Assembly: GCA_964497175.1 (NCBI GenBank)
Contig: CAZCEL010000001.1
Coordinates: 1-38,172, forward strand
Origin: an uncultured Bifidobacteriaceae bacterium
GTDB lineage: Bacteria > Acidobacteriota > Vicinamibacteria > Vicinamibacterales > CAVVIG01
DNA: 38,172 bases
Direction: 5' to 3'
Positions 26,015 to 32,951 of the stretch are shown one piece after another (position 1 is the stretch's first letter; every line of letters begins with the position of its first letter). The position numbers and the translations under genes are program-made. The notes beneath the pieces were generated by a model, which worked only from the letters and a program-made list of their open reading frames with translations, was not told where the DNA came from and searched no databases.

Positions 26015-26976
26015 CCCATGATTCCGTCATGCGCGCGGTGACCGCGGCCGTTCCTTCCGACAGCCACCTAGTTCGCCTTGATCGCTTCCTGGTATCCATC
26101 CTGGCGGACCAGTCCCGTTCTCGCATCCAGCACGTGATCCATGACGGCCGCGTGCTTGTCAACGGCCGCGTCGCGAAGGCGAACCAGAAGGTGAGAGCCG
26201 GCCAGATCGTGTCACTGGAGATTCCAGATCCGGTCGAGCCGGCGCCCCGACCCGAGCCGTTGCCACTGCGAATCGTCTATCAGGACCGGGACGTCGTGGT
26301 CGTCGACAAGCCAGCAGGGATGGTCGTGCATCCAGCCGCCGGGCACGAGAAGGGCACGCTCGTCAATGCCTTGCTCCACCACATCGGCGACCTGAGCGGG
26401 ATTGGAGGCGAGACGCGCCCGGGCATCGTGCATCGCCTCGACCGCGGCACCTCCGGGCTCATGGTCGTAGCGAAGCACGACGACGCCCACCGCGAGCTGG
26501 CGCGGCAATTCCAGGACCGGGAGGTCGAGAAGGAATACGTGGCGCTCGTCTGGGGCGTCGTACTGGCCGGTCGGCGTATCGATGCGCCAATCGGTCGCGA
26601 CCCGGTTCAGCGCAAGAAGATGTCGGCTCGCGCGAGCCGGCGCCGCGACGCGGTCACGCGCATCGTGCGGGCCGATCCAGTCGGACGCGCGCTCACCTTG
26701 GTCCGCGTGGCGATTCACACCGGCCGGACCCATCAGATCCGTGTGCACCTCAGTGCTATTGGTCACCCGGTCGTTGGCGATTCGCTGTACGGCGGCGTCC
26801 GCCGGCGTGTGGCCGGCGATCTGCGCGCGGTCCTGCGGCTCGCAAGGCCATTCCTGCACGCAGCCCGGTTGGCCTTCCAGCATCCCGCGGACGGCCGCAG
26901 GATGGAATTCACGAGCGAGCTCCCGGACGACCTGCGGGGCGTGCTGGAGGATCTGGCAGCTGCCGCTCCCTCGTGA
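26011..26976 (+). CDS. rluD: 23S rRNA pseudouridine synthase, RluA/RluD family
   Basis: S4-like RLDRFL, catalytic HRLDRGTSGLMVVAK, and GRTHQIRVH. The GTG overlaps the lgt stop (GTGA). An alternative ATG lies at 26029. Confidence 0.92.
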   Translation: MTHDSVMRAVTAAVPSDSHLVRLDRFLVSILADQSRSRIQHVIHDGRVLVNGRVAKANQKVRAGQIVSLEIPDPVEPAPRPEPLPLRIVYQDRDVVVVDKPAGMVVHPAAGHEKGTLVNALLHHIGDLSGIGGETRPGIVHRLDRGTSGLMVVAKHDDAHRELARQFQDREVEKEYVALVWGVVLAGRRIDAPIGRDPVQRKKMSARASRRRDAVTRIVRADPVGRALTLVRVAIHTGRTHQIRVHLSAIGHPVVGDSLYGGVRRRVAGDLRAVLRLARPFLHAARLAFQHPADGRRMEFTSELPDDLRGVLEDLAAAAPS

Positions 26977-27509
26977 CAGCGGTAGGATTGGCGGGTCCGA
27001 GAGCCATGCCGATTGTGTTTCGGGGCCGCGTGTTCTCGGTCGAGGTTGAGCGCACCAGGTTCCCCAACGGTCGGGAGCACGAGATCACGCTGGTGCGGCA
27101 TCCCCCTTCCGTGGTCCTCATCCCACTACTCGACGACGGACGGATCATGTTGATTCGCCAGTACCGCCCCAGCATGGGGCGCTATCTGTGGGAATTGCCC
27201 GCGGGCAGCGTGGAGTCGGGCGAGACTGCCGAGGCGGCTGCAGCGCGCGAGTGCGAAGAGGAGATCGGCCTGGTTCCCGGGCGCATTGAGCGCATCACCG
27301 GGCTCTTTCCCGCGCCAGGGTACTGCGACGAGGAGTTCATTTTCTTCAGGCTGAGCGATCTGCGGCCGCGTTCGGCAGACTCGTCCGTCGAGCGGGACGA
27401 AGATGAGGATATCGAGGCCCGAGCGTTCACGATCGCCGAAGCCAGGGCGATGGTGGGCCGGGGCGAAGTCGTCGATCTGAAGACAGCCTATGGGTTGACG
27501 CTGATCTGA
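26973..27509 (+). CDS. NUDIX hydrolase (ADP-ribose pyrophosphatase-like)
   Basis: Nudix box GSVESGETAEAAAARECEEEIGL. The GTG at 26973 overlaps the rluD stop. An alternative ATG lies at 27006. Confidence 0.88.
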   Translation: MTAVGLAGPRAMPIVFRGRVFSVEVERTRFPNGREHEITLVRHPPSVVLIPLLDDGRIMLIRQYRPSMGRYLWELPAGSVESGETAEAAAARECEEEIGLVPGRIERITGLFPAPGYCDEEFIFFRLSDLRPRSADSSVERDEDEDIEARAFTIAEARAMVGRGEVVDLKTAYGLTLI

Positions 27510-27512
27510 TAT

Positions 27513-30014
27513 CTAGGCGGGCGATCGCGGCGCATACGCACGACCGCGTTTGGCCTCGGGCTTTCCTTCCTCTTTTCTCCGCCTGTCCGGCTCGCCCGGC
27601 GTTGGCCTGAGGTCGGTCGACACGGGCTGCAGGCTGAGCGCCAGGACCTCGTCGATTGTGGAGACGAGGTGAACGGTCAGTCCCTGGCGCAGTTCCGGCG
27701 TGAGGTCTTCGTTGACGTTCTTCGCGTTCTGCTTCGGCAGGATGACTTCGCTGATCCCGACCCGGCGAGCCGCAAGGACCTTCTCCTTGATGCCGCCGAC
27801 CGGCAGCACGCGTCCCGACAGGGTGATCTCTCCGGTCATTGCGACATCGCCGCGGACCGGACGCCCGGTGAGCTCGGAGGCCATTGCGGTCGTCATCGTG
27901 ACGCCGGCTGATGGGCCGTCCTTCGGAATCGCGCCCGACGGGACATGCACGTGCAGTTCGACGTTCCGGAAGAAGTCCGGATCGATCCCGTACTCTCGCG
28001 CGTGCGTTCGCAGCCATGACAGGCCCGCACGCGCGGATTCCTTCATCACCTCGCCCAACTGACCTGTGAGCGTCAGCGTGCCGGTTCCGGTCATCCGGGA
28101 CGCCTCGATAAACAGCACTTCGCCGCCAGCGGGCGTCCAGGCCATGCCGATCGACACCCCCGGTTCCTTGGTTCGCTCTTCCATTTCCTCGTCAAGGAAC
28201 CTCGGAGCACCGAGCATCTGCAACACGGTCTCAGCGCCGACCTCGACCGCCGACTCGTCGCCCTCGGCGCGTCGGCGTGCCACCTTACGGCAGATGGCGC
28301 CAATCTCGCGCTCGAGGTTCCGAACGCCGGCCTCGCGGGTGTATCCCCTGACGATCCGCCTCAGGGCCTCGCCCGTGAATGTCACGTGCTCGTTCGTCAT
28401 GCCGTGATTCTTCACCTGCTTGTCGACGAGATGATCGGTCGCGATCTTGAGCTTTTCCTCCTCTGTATACCCCGCAATCTCGAGCACCTCCATCCGGTCC
28501 CTGAGCGCCGGAGGCACCGGATCCAGCACGTTGGCGGTCGTGATGAACAGGACCTCCGACAGATCGAACGGGACATCCAGGTAGTGATCCCGGAACGTGT
28601 TGTTCTGCTCCGGGTCGAGCACCTCGAGAAGGGCCGCCGAGGGATCGCCGCGAAAATCCGCGCCGAGCTTGTCGATCTCATCCAGGATGAACACGGGATT
28701 CTTCGACTCGGCCCGCCGCAGACCCTGGATGATCTGGCCGGGGAGCGCCCCGATATAGGTGCGACGGTGGCCGCGAATCTCAGCCTCGTCGCGCATCCCA
28801 CCAAGCGACACCCGGACGAACTTGCGGCCGAGGGAGCCTGCAATCGAGCGCGCCAGCGAGGTCTTGCCGACGCCGGGCGGCCCGACGAAGCAGAGAATGG
28901 GGCCCTTGGTTGCAGGATTCAGCTTGCGGACCGCGAGGTACTCGATGATACGGTCCTTCGCCTTCTCCAGTCCGGAATGGTCCGCATCGAGCACCTGCTT
29001 GGTGTGAGGGAGATCGATCACTTCCTCCGTCCGCCTGGCCCAGGGCATCGCCACCAGCCAGTCGAGGTAGGTGCGCGAGACCGTGTACTCGGCCGCCGCG
29101 GGCGGCATCTTCGACAGCCGATCCAGTTCGCGCAGCGCCTCCTTCTTCACGGCCTCGGGCATGCCCGCGGCCTCCACTTTCTCGGCCAGTTCCTCGATTT
29201 CTCTCGTCTGATCGTCGCCCTCGCCCAGCTCCTTCTGAATCGCCTTCATCTGCTCGCGCAGGAAGTACTCACGCTGGTTCTTGCCGACCTCCGACTGCAC
29301 CTGCGACTGGATCTTCGAGCCGAGCTCGAGCACCTCGAGCTCCTTGATGAGAATGCGGTTGAGCGCGTCCATCCGCGCCCGGATGTCGAGCGTTTCCAGC
29401 ACCTCCTGCTTCACGGCCGTGCTGATTGTGGTCAGACTCGAGGCGATGAAATCGGCCAGCCGGCCGGGTTCGGTGATGTTGGTGGCCAACGTCTGGAGGT
29501 CGTCGGAGAGCAGCGGTGACAGCGAAACGACCTGCTGGAAGTTCGTCTTGATGTTGCGTGCCAGCGCGTCGATCTCGAGACGGTCCACGTCGTGAGTGTC
29601 TTCGGTCACCACCGTAACGCGGGCGCGCAAGTACGGGTGGGTCGAAACCACCTCATCGAGCCGGAGCCGTGCCAGACCCTGAACGATCAAGCGCAGACTG
29701 CCATCCGGCAGCTTGAACATCTTGTGAATATGGGTTGCCGTGCCCACGCCGTAGAGATCGGCCTGTCCCGGTTCGTCGACTGCCGCGTCGAGTTGCGCGA
29801 ATACCGCGATCAGCTTGCCGTTGACGATCGCATCGTCGATGAGCCGTACGGAACTCTCGCGAGCCACCGCCAGCGGCATAAACGAATTGGGGAACAAGAC
29901 CGTGTCGCGAAGCGGCAGAATCGGCAGCTCCGATGGAATGCTGAGCGGCCGTTCGGCAGCGCTGACGTCCTCGGGCTTGAGATCGTCGGTCATAACATCT
30001 GGTCCGCTACTCAC
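27513..30014 (-). CDS. lon: ATP-dependent Lon protease (endopeptidase La)
   Basis: 833 aa. LON N-domain (LPILPLRDTVLFP), Walker A GPPGVGKTS, Walker B FILDEIDK, and catalytic PKDGPSAG. Confidence 0.97.
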   Translation of the reverse strand: MSSGPDVMTDDLKPEDVSAAERPLSIPSELPILPLRDTVLFPNSFMPLAVARESSVRLIDDAIVNGKLIAVFAQLDAAVDEPGQADLYGVGTATHIHKMFKLPDGSLRLIVQGLARLRLDEVVSTHPYLRARVTVVTEDTHDVDRLEIDALARNIKTNFQQVVSLSPLLSDDLQTLATNITEPGRLADFIASSLTTISTAVKQEVLETLDIRARMDALNRILIKELEVLELGSKIQSQVQSEVGKNQREYFLREQMKAIQKELGEGDDQTREIEELAEKVEAAGMPEAVKKEALRELDRLSKMPPAAAEYTVSRTYLDWLVAMPWARRTEEVIDLPHTKQVLDADHSGLEKAKDRIIEYLAVRKLNPATKGPILCFVGPPGVGKTSLARSIAGSLGRKFVRVSLGGMRDEAEIRGHRRTYIGALPGQIIQGLRRAESKNPVFILDEIDKLGADFRGDPSAALLEVLDPEQNNTFRDHYLDVPFDLSEVLFITTANVLDPVPPALRDRMEVLEIAGYTEEEKLKIATDHLVDKQVKNHGMTNEHVTFTGEALRRIVRGYTREAGVRNLEREIGAICRKVARRRAEGDESAVEVGAETVLQMLGAPRFLDEEMEERTKEPGVSIGMAWTPAGGEVLFIEASRMTGTGTLTLTGQLGEVMKESARAGLSWLRTHAREYGIDPDFFRNVELHVHVPSGAIPKDGPSAGVTMTTAMASELTGRPVRGDVAMTGEITLSGRVLPVGGIKEKVLAARRVGISEVILPKQNAKNVNEDLTPELRQGLTVHLVSTIDEVLALSLQPVSTDLRPTPGEPDRRRKEEGKPEAKRGRAYAPRSPA

Positions 30015-30098
30015 ACAGCCAGATTCGGGCGTGGTCGGGGTCGGAGGTGGGGAAGGGGACTCAGCCAGCAGCGGAGCCCCGTCCGTGACGCCGGGCGA

Positions 30099-30554
30099 TT
30101 ACAGGTCGAAGAAGAGCGACGACCCGCCACGGCGGGCGGCCAGCTGCCGTTCGCGCTGCTCGGCCACCTCGCGCGCTTCCTCACACTCCTTGCAGCGCAC
30201 GGCGAAGGGCAGCGCCCGCAGGCGTTTCTCGGCGATCTCCTCGCCACACTCGAAGCAGTTGCCGTAGTTCCCCTGCTCGAGCCGTACAAGTGCATCGTCG
30301 ATCTTGCTGAGCGTCTCCGATTTCATCTGGATGAGCGCAAACTCGAGGTCGTCCTGGATGTCCGCCTCAGAACTCTCACCCGCGTCGAGGACCTCGGTGA
30401 GCTTGCCGCCCCAGGCACCTTCAGCCCGGACGTCTCGCATCTTCCCCTGAACCTCGGCCTGAATCTCGCGCCGTCGCTCAAGCAACATCCGCTTCAGCTC
30501 GGTATAACGTGACCGCGCCCGTGCGCCGGTGTCTGCTGCCGTTTTCGCTTTCAT
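30099..30554 (-). CDS. dksA: DksA/TraR-family C4 zinc-finger transcription factor
   Basis: The internal ATG follows GGAAGGAG. An acidic coiled-coil region is followed by CFECGEEIAEKRLRALPFAVRCKEC. Confidence 0.9.
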   Translation of the reverse strand: MKAKTAADTGARARSRYTELKRMLLERRREIQAEVQGKMRDVRAEGAWGGKLTEVLDAGESSEADIQDDLEFALIQMKSETLSKIDDALVRLEQGNYGNCFECGEEIAEKRLRALPFAVRCKECEEAREVAEQRERQLAARRGGSSLFFDL

Positions 30555-30610
30555 GACGCCGCTCCTTCCACGCCCCAACGCCGGTTCGCCGCTAGGACTG
30601 CCTGTTGACA

Positions 30611-30626
30611 TGCAAATTAACTGCCA
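30611..30626 (-). promoter_or_regulatory. Candidate sigma54 (-24/-12) promoter upstream of dksA
   Basis: The minus strand reads TTGGCAG-TTAAT-TTGCAT, i.e. TGGCA(G)-N5-TTGCA with canonical GG/GC spacing, about 55 nt upstream of the dksA ATG. A sigma70-like AATAAT (30632..30627) overlaps it, so the assignment is ambiguous. Confidence 0.35.
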
Positions 30627-30754
30627 ATTATTGCACACTTCAAAACTGCACGCAACCCGAGTCGTTGGTCCCCTCTGCTAATACGCCCCCGAGGTGTCTC
30701 TTGTTATCGGTCAAACAACACCGAATGAGACGTCCCAATCGATGATTCTGTGTA

Positions 30755-30772
30755 AATTGATGCACTTCAATT
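30755..30772. repeat. Inverted repeat AATTGA-N6-TCAATT
   Basis: AATTGAtgcactTCAATT has perfect 6-bp arms. It lies about 135 bp upstream of the sigma54-like element. It contains TGCACTTCAA, which recurs as TGCACACTTCAA at 30632-30643. Confidence 0.55.
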
Positions 30773-30944
30773 ACTTGTGCCTCTGATCTCGACAGAAGTA
30801 GACCGCTTGTTCAAATCAGTCGCTCTCGTTTAGACGCTCAACACACTCAGCGGGTTCTTCGTCGCGACACGGTCGGGCTGTCCCCTTTGAGAGACGACCG
30901 CTGCAAAGCGCAAGGCCCACAGTGTGTCATTTGGAAACAGGGGC

Positions 30945-31529
30945 CTATTGGACACGATTGGACGACAGCAGGCTGATGTTGGGCGCCAGGCCTCGCTCGA
31001 CCAGCAGCCGACCGGTATGGGAGCTTCGGGTCATGAGCCAGCGCTCGTAAAGCCGGAGCAAGTCATGATTGGACGTGCAGGACGAACGCTCGCTGACCTC
31101 TGAGATGACGTCGACGAACCCGTCAAACTTCGTCGCGAGCTCGGCAAAGACCGGCGCCATGTGGCCGGCCTCGACGCGACTCAGCCATAGGTACGCGCGC
31201 ACCCCAATGCCCACGTAGTAGTCGACATCCACGAGCGAACGTCGCAGTGAGTCGGAAAAGAATCCCGAGGTGAACAGCGACTCATCGCCCAAGCGCCTCA
31301 TGCTTGTGCGCTGGCGTGCTCCACCAGCTGCGAGAGCCCGCACGAGCCGTACCGCCAGCGGTACGCTGCATTCCTCATCCGGCTGGCGCTCGACAAATCC
31401 AGCGAGCATCTGCACGACGTAGCAGGCTGTCAGATCCTGTGCGGAGAGCCCCTGATGTATGAGGGCATCGTCCACCAACTCCCGGAAGAATTCTTGTGCC
31501 GACTCACGCTCAATCATCGACCCACTCAT
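30945..31529 (-). CDS. Hypothetical protein (about 195 aa, predicted all-helical), no recognisable domain
   Basis: The internal ATG (MSGSMIERESAQEFF...) follows GAGGCAGG. The upstream Arg-rich extension in the ORF track is unlikely to be coding. Hand-counted G+C (about 60 percent) is somewhat below that of the neighbours. Confidence 0.65.
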   Translation of the reverse strand: MSGSMIERESAQEFFRELVDDALIHQGLSAQDLTACYVVQMLAGFVERQPDEECSVPLAVRLVRALAAGGARQRTSMRRLGDESLFTSGFFSDSLRRSLVDVDYYVGIGVRAYLWLSRVEAGHMAPVFAELATKFDGFVDVISEVSERSSCTSNHDLLRLYERWLMTRSSHTGRLLVERGLAPNISLLSSNRVQ

Positions 31530-31605
31530 GCCAACCTGCCTCGACCGCCCGTTTCCAGCCGGTGCAAGGCGCGTTCCCCGGGAGGGCTGAGATTTTCCGG
31601 GCCGG

Positions 31606-31617
31606 AATTGTACAATT
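31606..31617. promoter_or_regulatory. Perfect 12-bp palindrome AATTGTACAATT containing TACAAT on both strands
   Basis: Read directly from the sequence. It lies between divergent unknown genes. Plus-strand TACAAT (31611-31616) is 7 nt upstream of the GTG at 31624. Confidence 0.5.
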
Positions 31618-31623
31618 GACCGC

Positions 31624-32265
31624 GTGGCCTGTTCTCTGTGCCTCCAGCGGAAAGCCAGGCGCGCCTGTCCCGGTCTGGGACAGCAGATCTGCAGCGTGTG
31701 CTGCGGAACGAAGCGTCTTGTGGAGATCTCCTGCCCTCCTAGCTGCATCTATCTGACGTCCGCGCGCGAGCATCCACCCTCGGCGGCACGGCGGCGCCAG
31801 GAGCAGGATCTCGCGGGAGTCATCCATTGGATGAGGGATTTCAATGAGGAGCAGTCCCGCCTGTTCATCGGACTGAGCCGTTCGGTTCTGGAGCACCGGC
31901 CCATGGATCTGCAGCCCCTCATCGACGACGATGTGGCCGACGCAGCGGCCGCGCTGGCCGCGACGCTGGAAACGTCCTCACGAGGTGTCCTCTACGAACA
32001 CCGCCCCGCCGCAGCGCCTGCAGTCCGGCTGGCTGGCGCCCTCAGGCCTCTGGTGATGGAAGCCTGCCGCTCATCGTCGCGGAGCGAGCGGGAGGCGGCC
32101 GTAGTGCTCCGCCGAATCGAGCAGTCGGTGCGCGAGACGCAAGCCGAGCACCCCGGCGCGCCGCGTGCGTATCTCGATCGACTGAAACGCGTGCTGATCG
32201 AGGGCCGCGCGGCCGACGAGCAGGCAGCCGCCGACAGGGAGAGATCGCGGCTAATCCTTTCATAG
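31624..32265 (+). CDS. Hypothetical protein with N-terminal Cys8 module
   Basis: GTG is the only in-frame start after a TGA at 31588. Cys residues lie at positions 3, 6, 15, 23, 26, 27, 37 and 41 (C-x2-C-x8-C-x7-C-x2-CC-x9-C-x3-C). A helical Ala/Arg-rich domain follows. Confidence 0.7.
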   Translation: MACSLCLQRKARRACPGLGQQICSVCCGTKRLVEISCPPSCIYLTSAREHPPSAARRRQEQDLAGVIHWMRDFNEEQSRLFIGLSRSVLEHRPMDLQPLIDDDVADAAAALAATLETSSRGVLYEHRPAAAPAVRLAGALRPLVMEACRSSSRSEREAAVVLRRIEQSVRETQAEHPGAPRAYLDRLKRVLIEGRAADEQAAADRERSRLILS

Positions 32266-32327
32266 GCGACACGGCCTGCGCTGCGACGCCGGAGTGCAGC
32301 CTGCTGGCTAATTCGTCTTCGGGACAC

Positions 32328-32333
32328 TAGAAT
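32328..32333 (+). promoter_or_regulatory. Candidate -10 box TAGAAT upstream of rpmB
   Basis: TAGAAT lies 15 nt upstream of the ATG at 32349, with GAGGGA (SD) in between. Confidence 0.35.
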
Positions 32334-32348
32334 TCTGTCGAGGGATCC

Positions 32349-32537
32349 ATGAAACGTTGTGAGATATGCGGGAAGGCGCCGGTCGTCGGACGTCAGGTCA
32401 GTCATGCACACAATGTGAGCGCGCGGCGCTTCGAGCCGAACCTTCAGACCGTGCGCGCGATGGTCAACGGTGGCGTGAAGCGGGTTCGTGTCTGCACGAG
32501 GTGTCTGCGCTCGCAGAGAATCGTGAAGGCTGCGTGA
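32349..32537 (+). CDS. rpmB: 50S ribosomal protein L28 (zinc-ribbon, C+ type)
   Basis: MKRCEICGKAPVVGRQVSHAHNVSARRFEPNLQ..., with a second CxxC (CTRC). GAGGGA lies upstream. Confidence 0.96.
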   Translation: MKRCEICGKAPVVGRQVSHAHNVSARRFEPNLQTVRAMVNGGVKRVRVCTRCLRSQRIVKAA

Positions 32538-32932
32538 AGCAGGCGTTCACGACTCCGCGGGCGCCCGGCGCCGTCGGTCCCTATTCTGCGGCGCTTCGCG
32601 CGGGTCCATGGCTCTTCATCTCGGGTCAGCTTCCGATGGACCCGGCGACCGGCGCGATGTCGGCGGGTGCCATCGCCGATCAGACACGGACGGTGCTGGG
32701 GCACATCGGTGCGTTGCTGGCCTCAGCCGGTCTTGGCTATTCAGACGTTGTCCGCACGACGGTGTTTCTGGCCGACCTGAGCGACTTCGGAGCGATGAAC
32801 GACGTCTACGAGACGTTTTTCGCACCGCCGTACCCCGCACGGTCCACGATTCAGGCCGCGCGGCTGCCTCGCGATGCGCGCATAGAAATTGACGCGATCG
32901 CGATGTACAGCACGGCGCGCGCGAAGGACTGA
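32534..32932 (+). CDS. ridA: RidA/YjgF-family reactive intermediate deaminase
   Basis: The GTG overlaps the rpmB stop (GTGA). GPYSAALRAGPWLFISGQLP and ARIEIDAIA motifs. Confidence 0.92.
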   Translation: MKQAFTTPRAPGAVGPYSAALRAGPWLFISGQLPMDPATGAMSAGAIADQTRTVLGHIGALLASAGLGYSDVVRTTVFLADLSDFGAMNDVYETFFAPPYPARSTIQAARLPRDARIEIDAIAMYSTARAKD

Positions 32933-32951
32933 GATCGGCGGCGTTGGGGCA

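Noticed and set aside
28386-30512. Plus-strand ORFs 28386..29519 and 29592..30512 opposite lon and dksA
   Set aside because: These are shadow ORFs opposite strongly conserved Lon and DksA coding sequence.
30605-30634. Plus-strand TTGACA (30605-30610) as the -35 of a promoter firing into the GC-poor spacer (possible sRNA)
   Set aside because: No acceptable -10 lies at 16-19 nt (TTATTG or TATTGC). It more probably belongs to the minus-strand promoter region of dksA.
30742-30930. Mini-ORFs in the spacer: plus strand 30742-30786 (MILCKLMHFNYLCL) and minus strand 30930..30847 (27 aa with HCGPC)
   Set aside because: Neither has an SD. Third-position composition is mixed, and their lengths are consistent with chance in AT-richer DNA. 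They would need Ribo-seq support.
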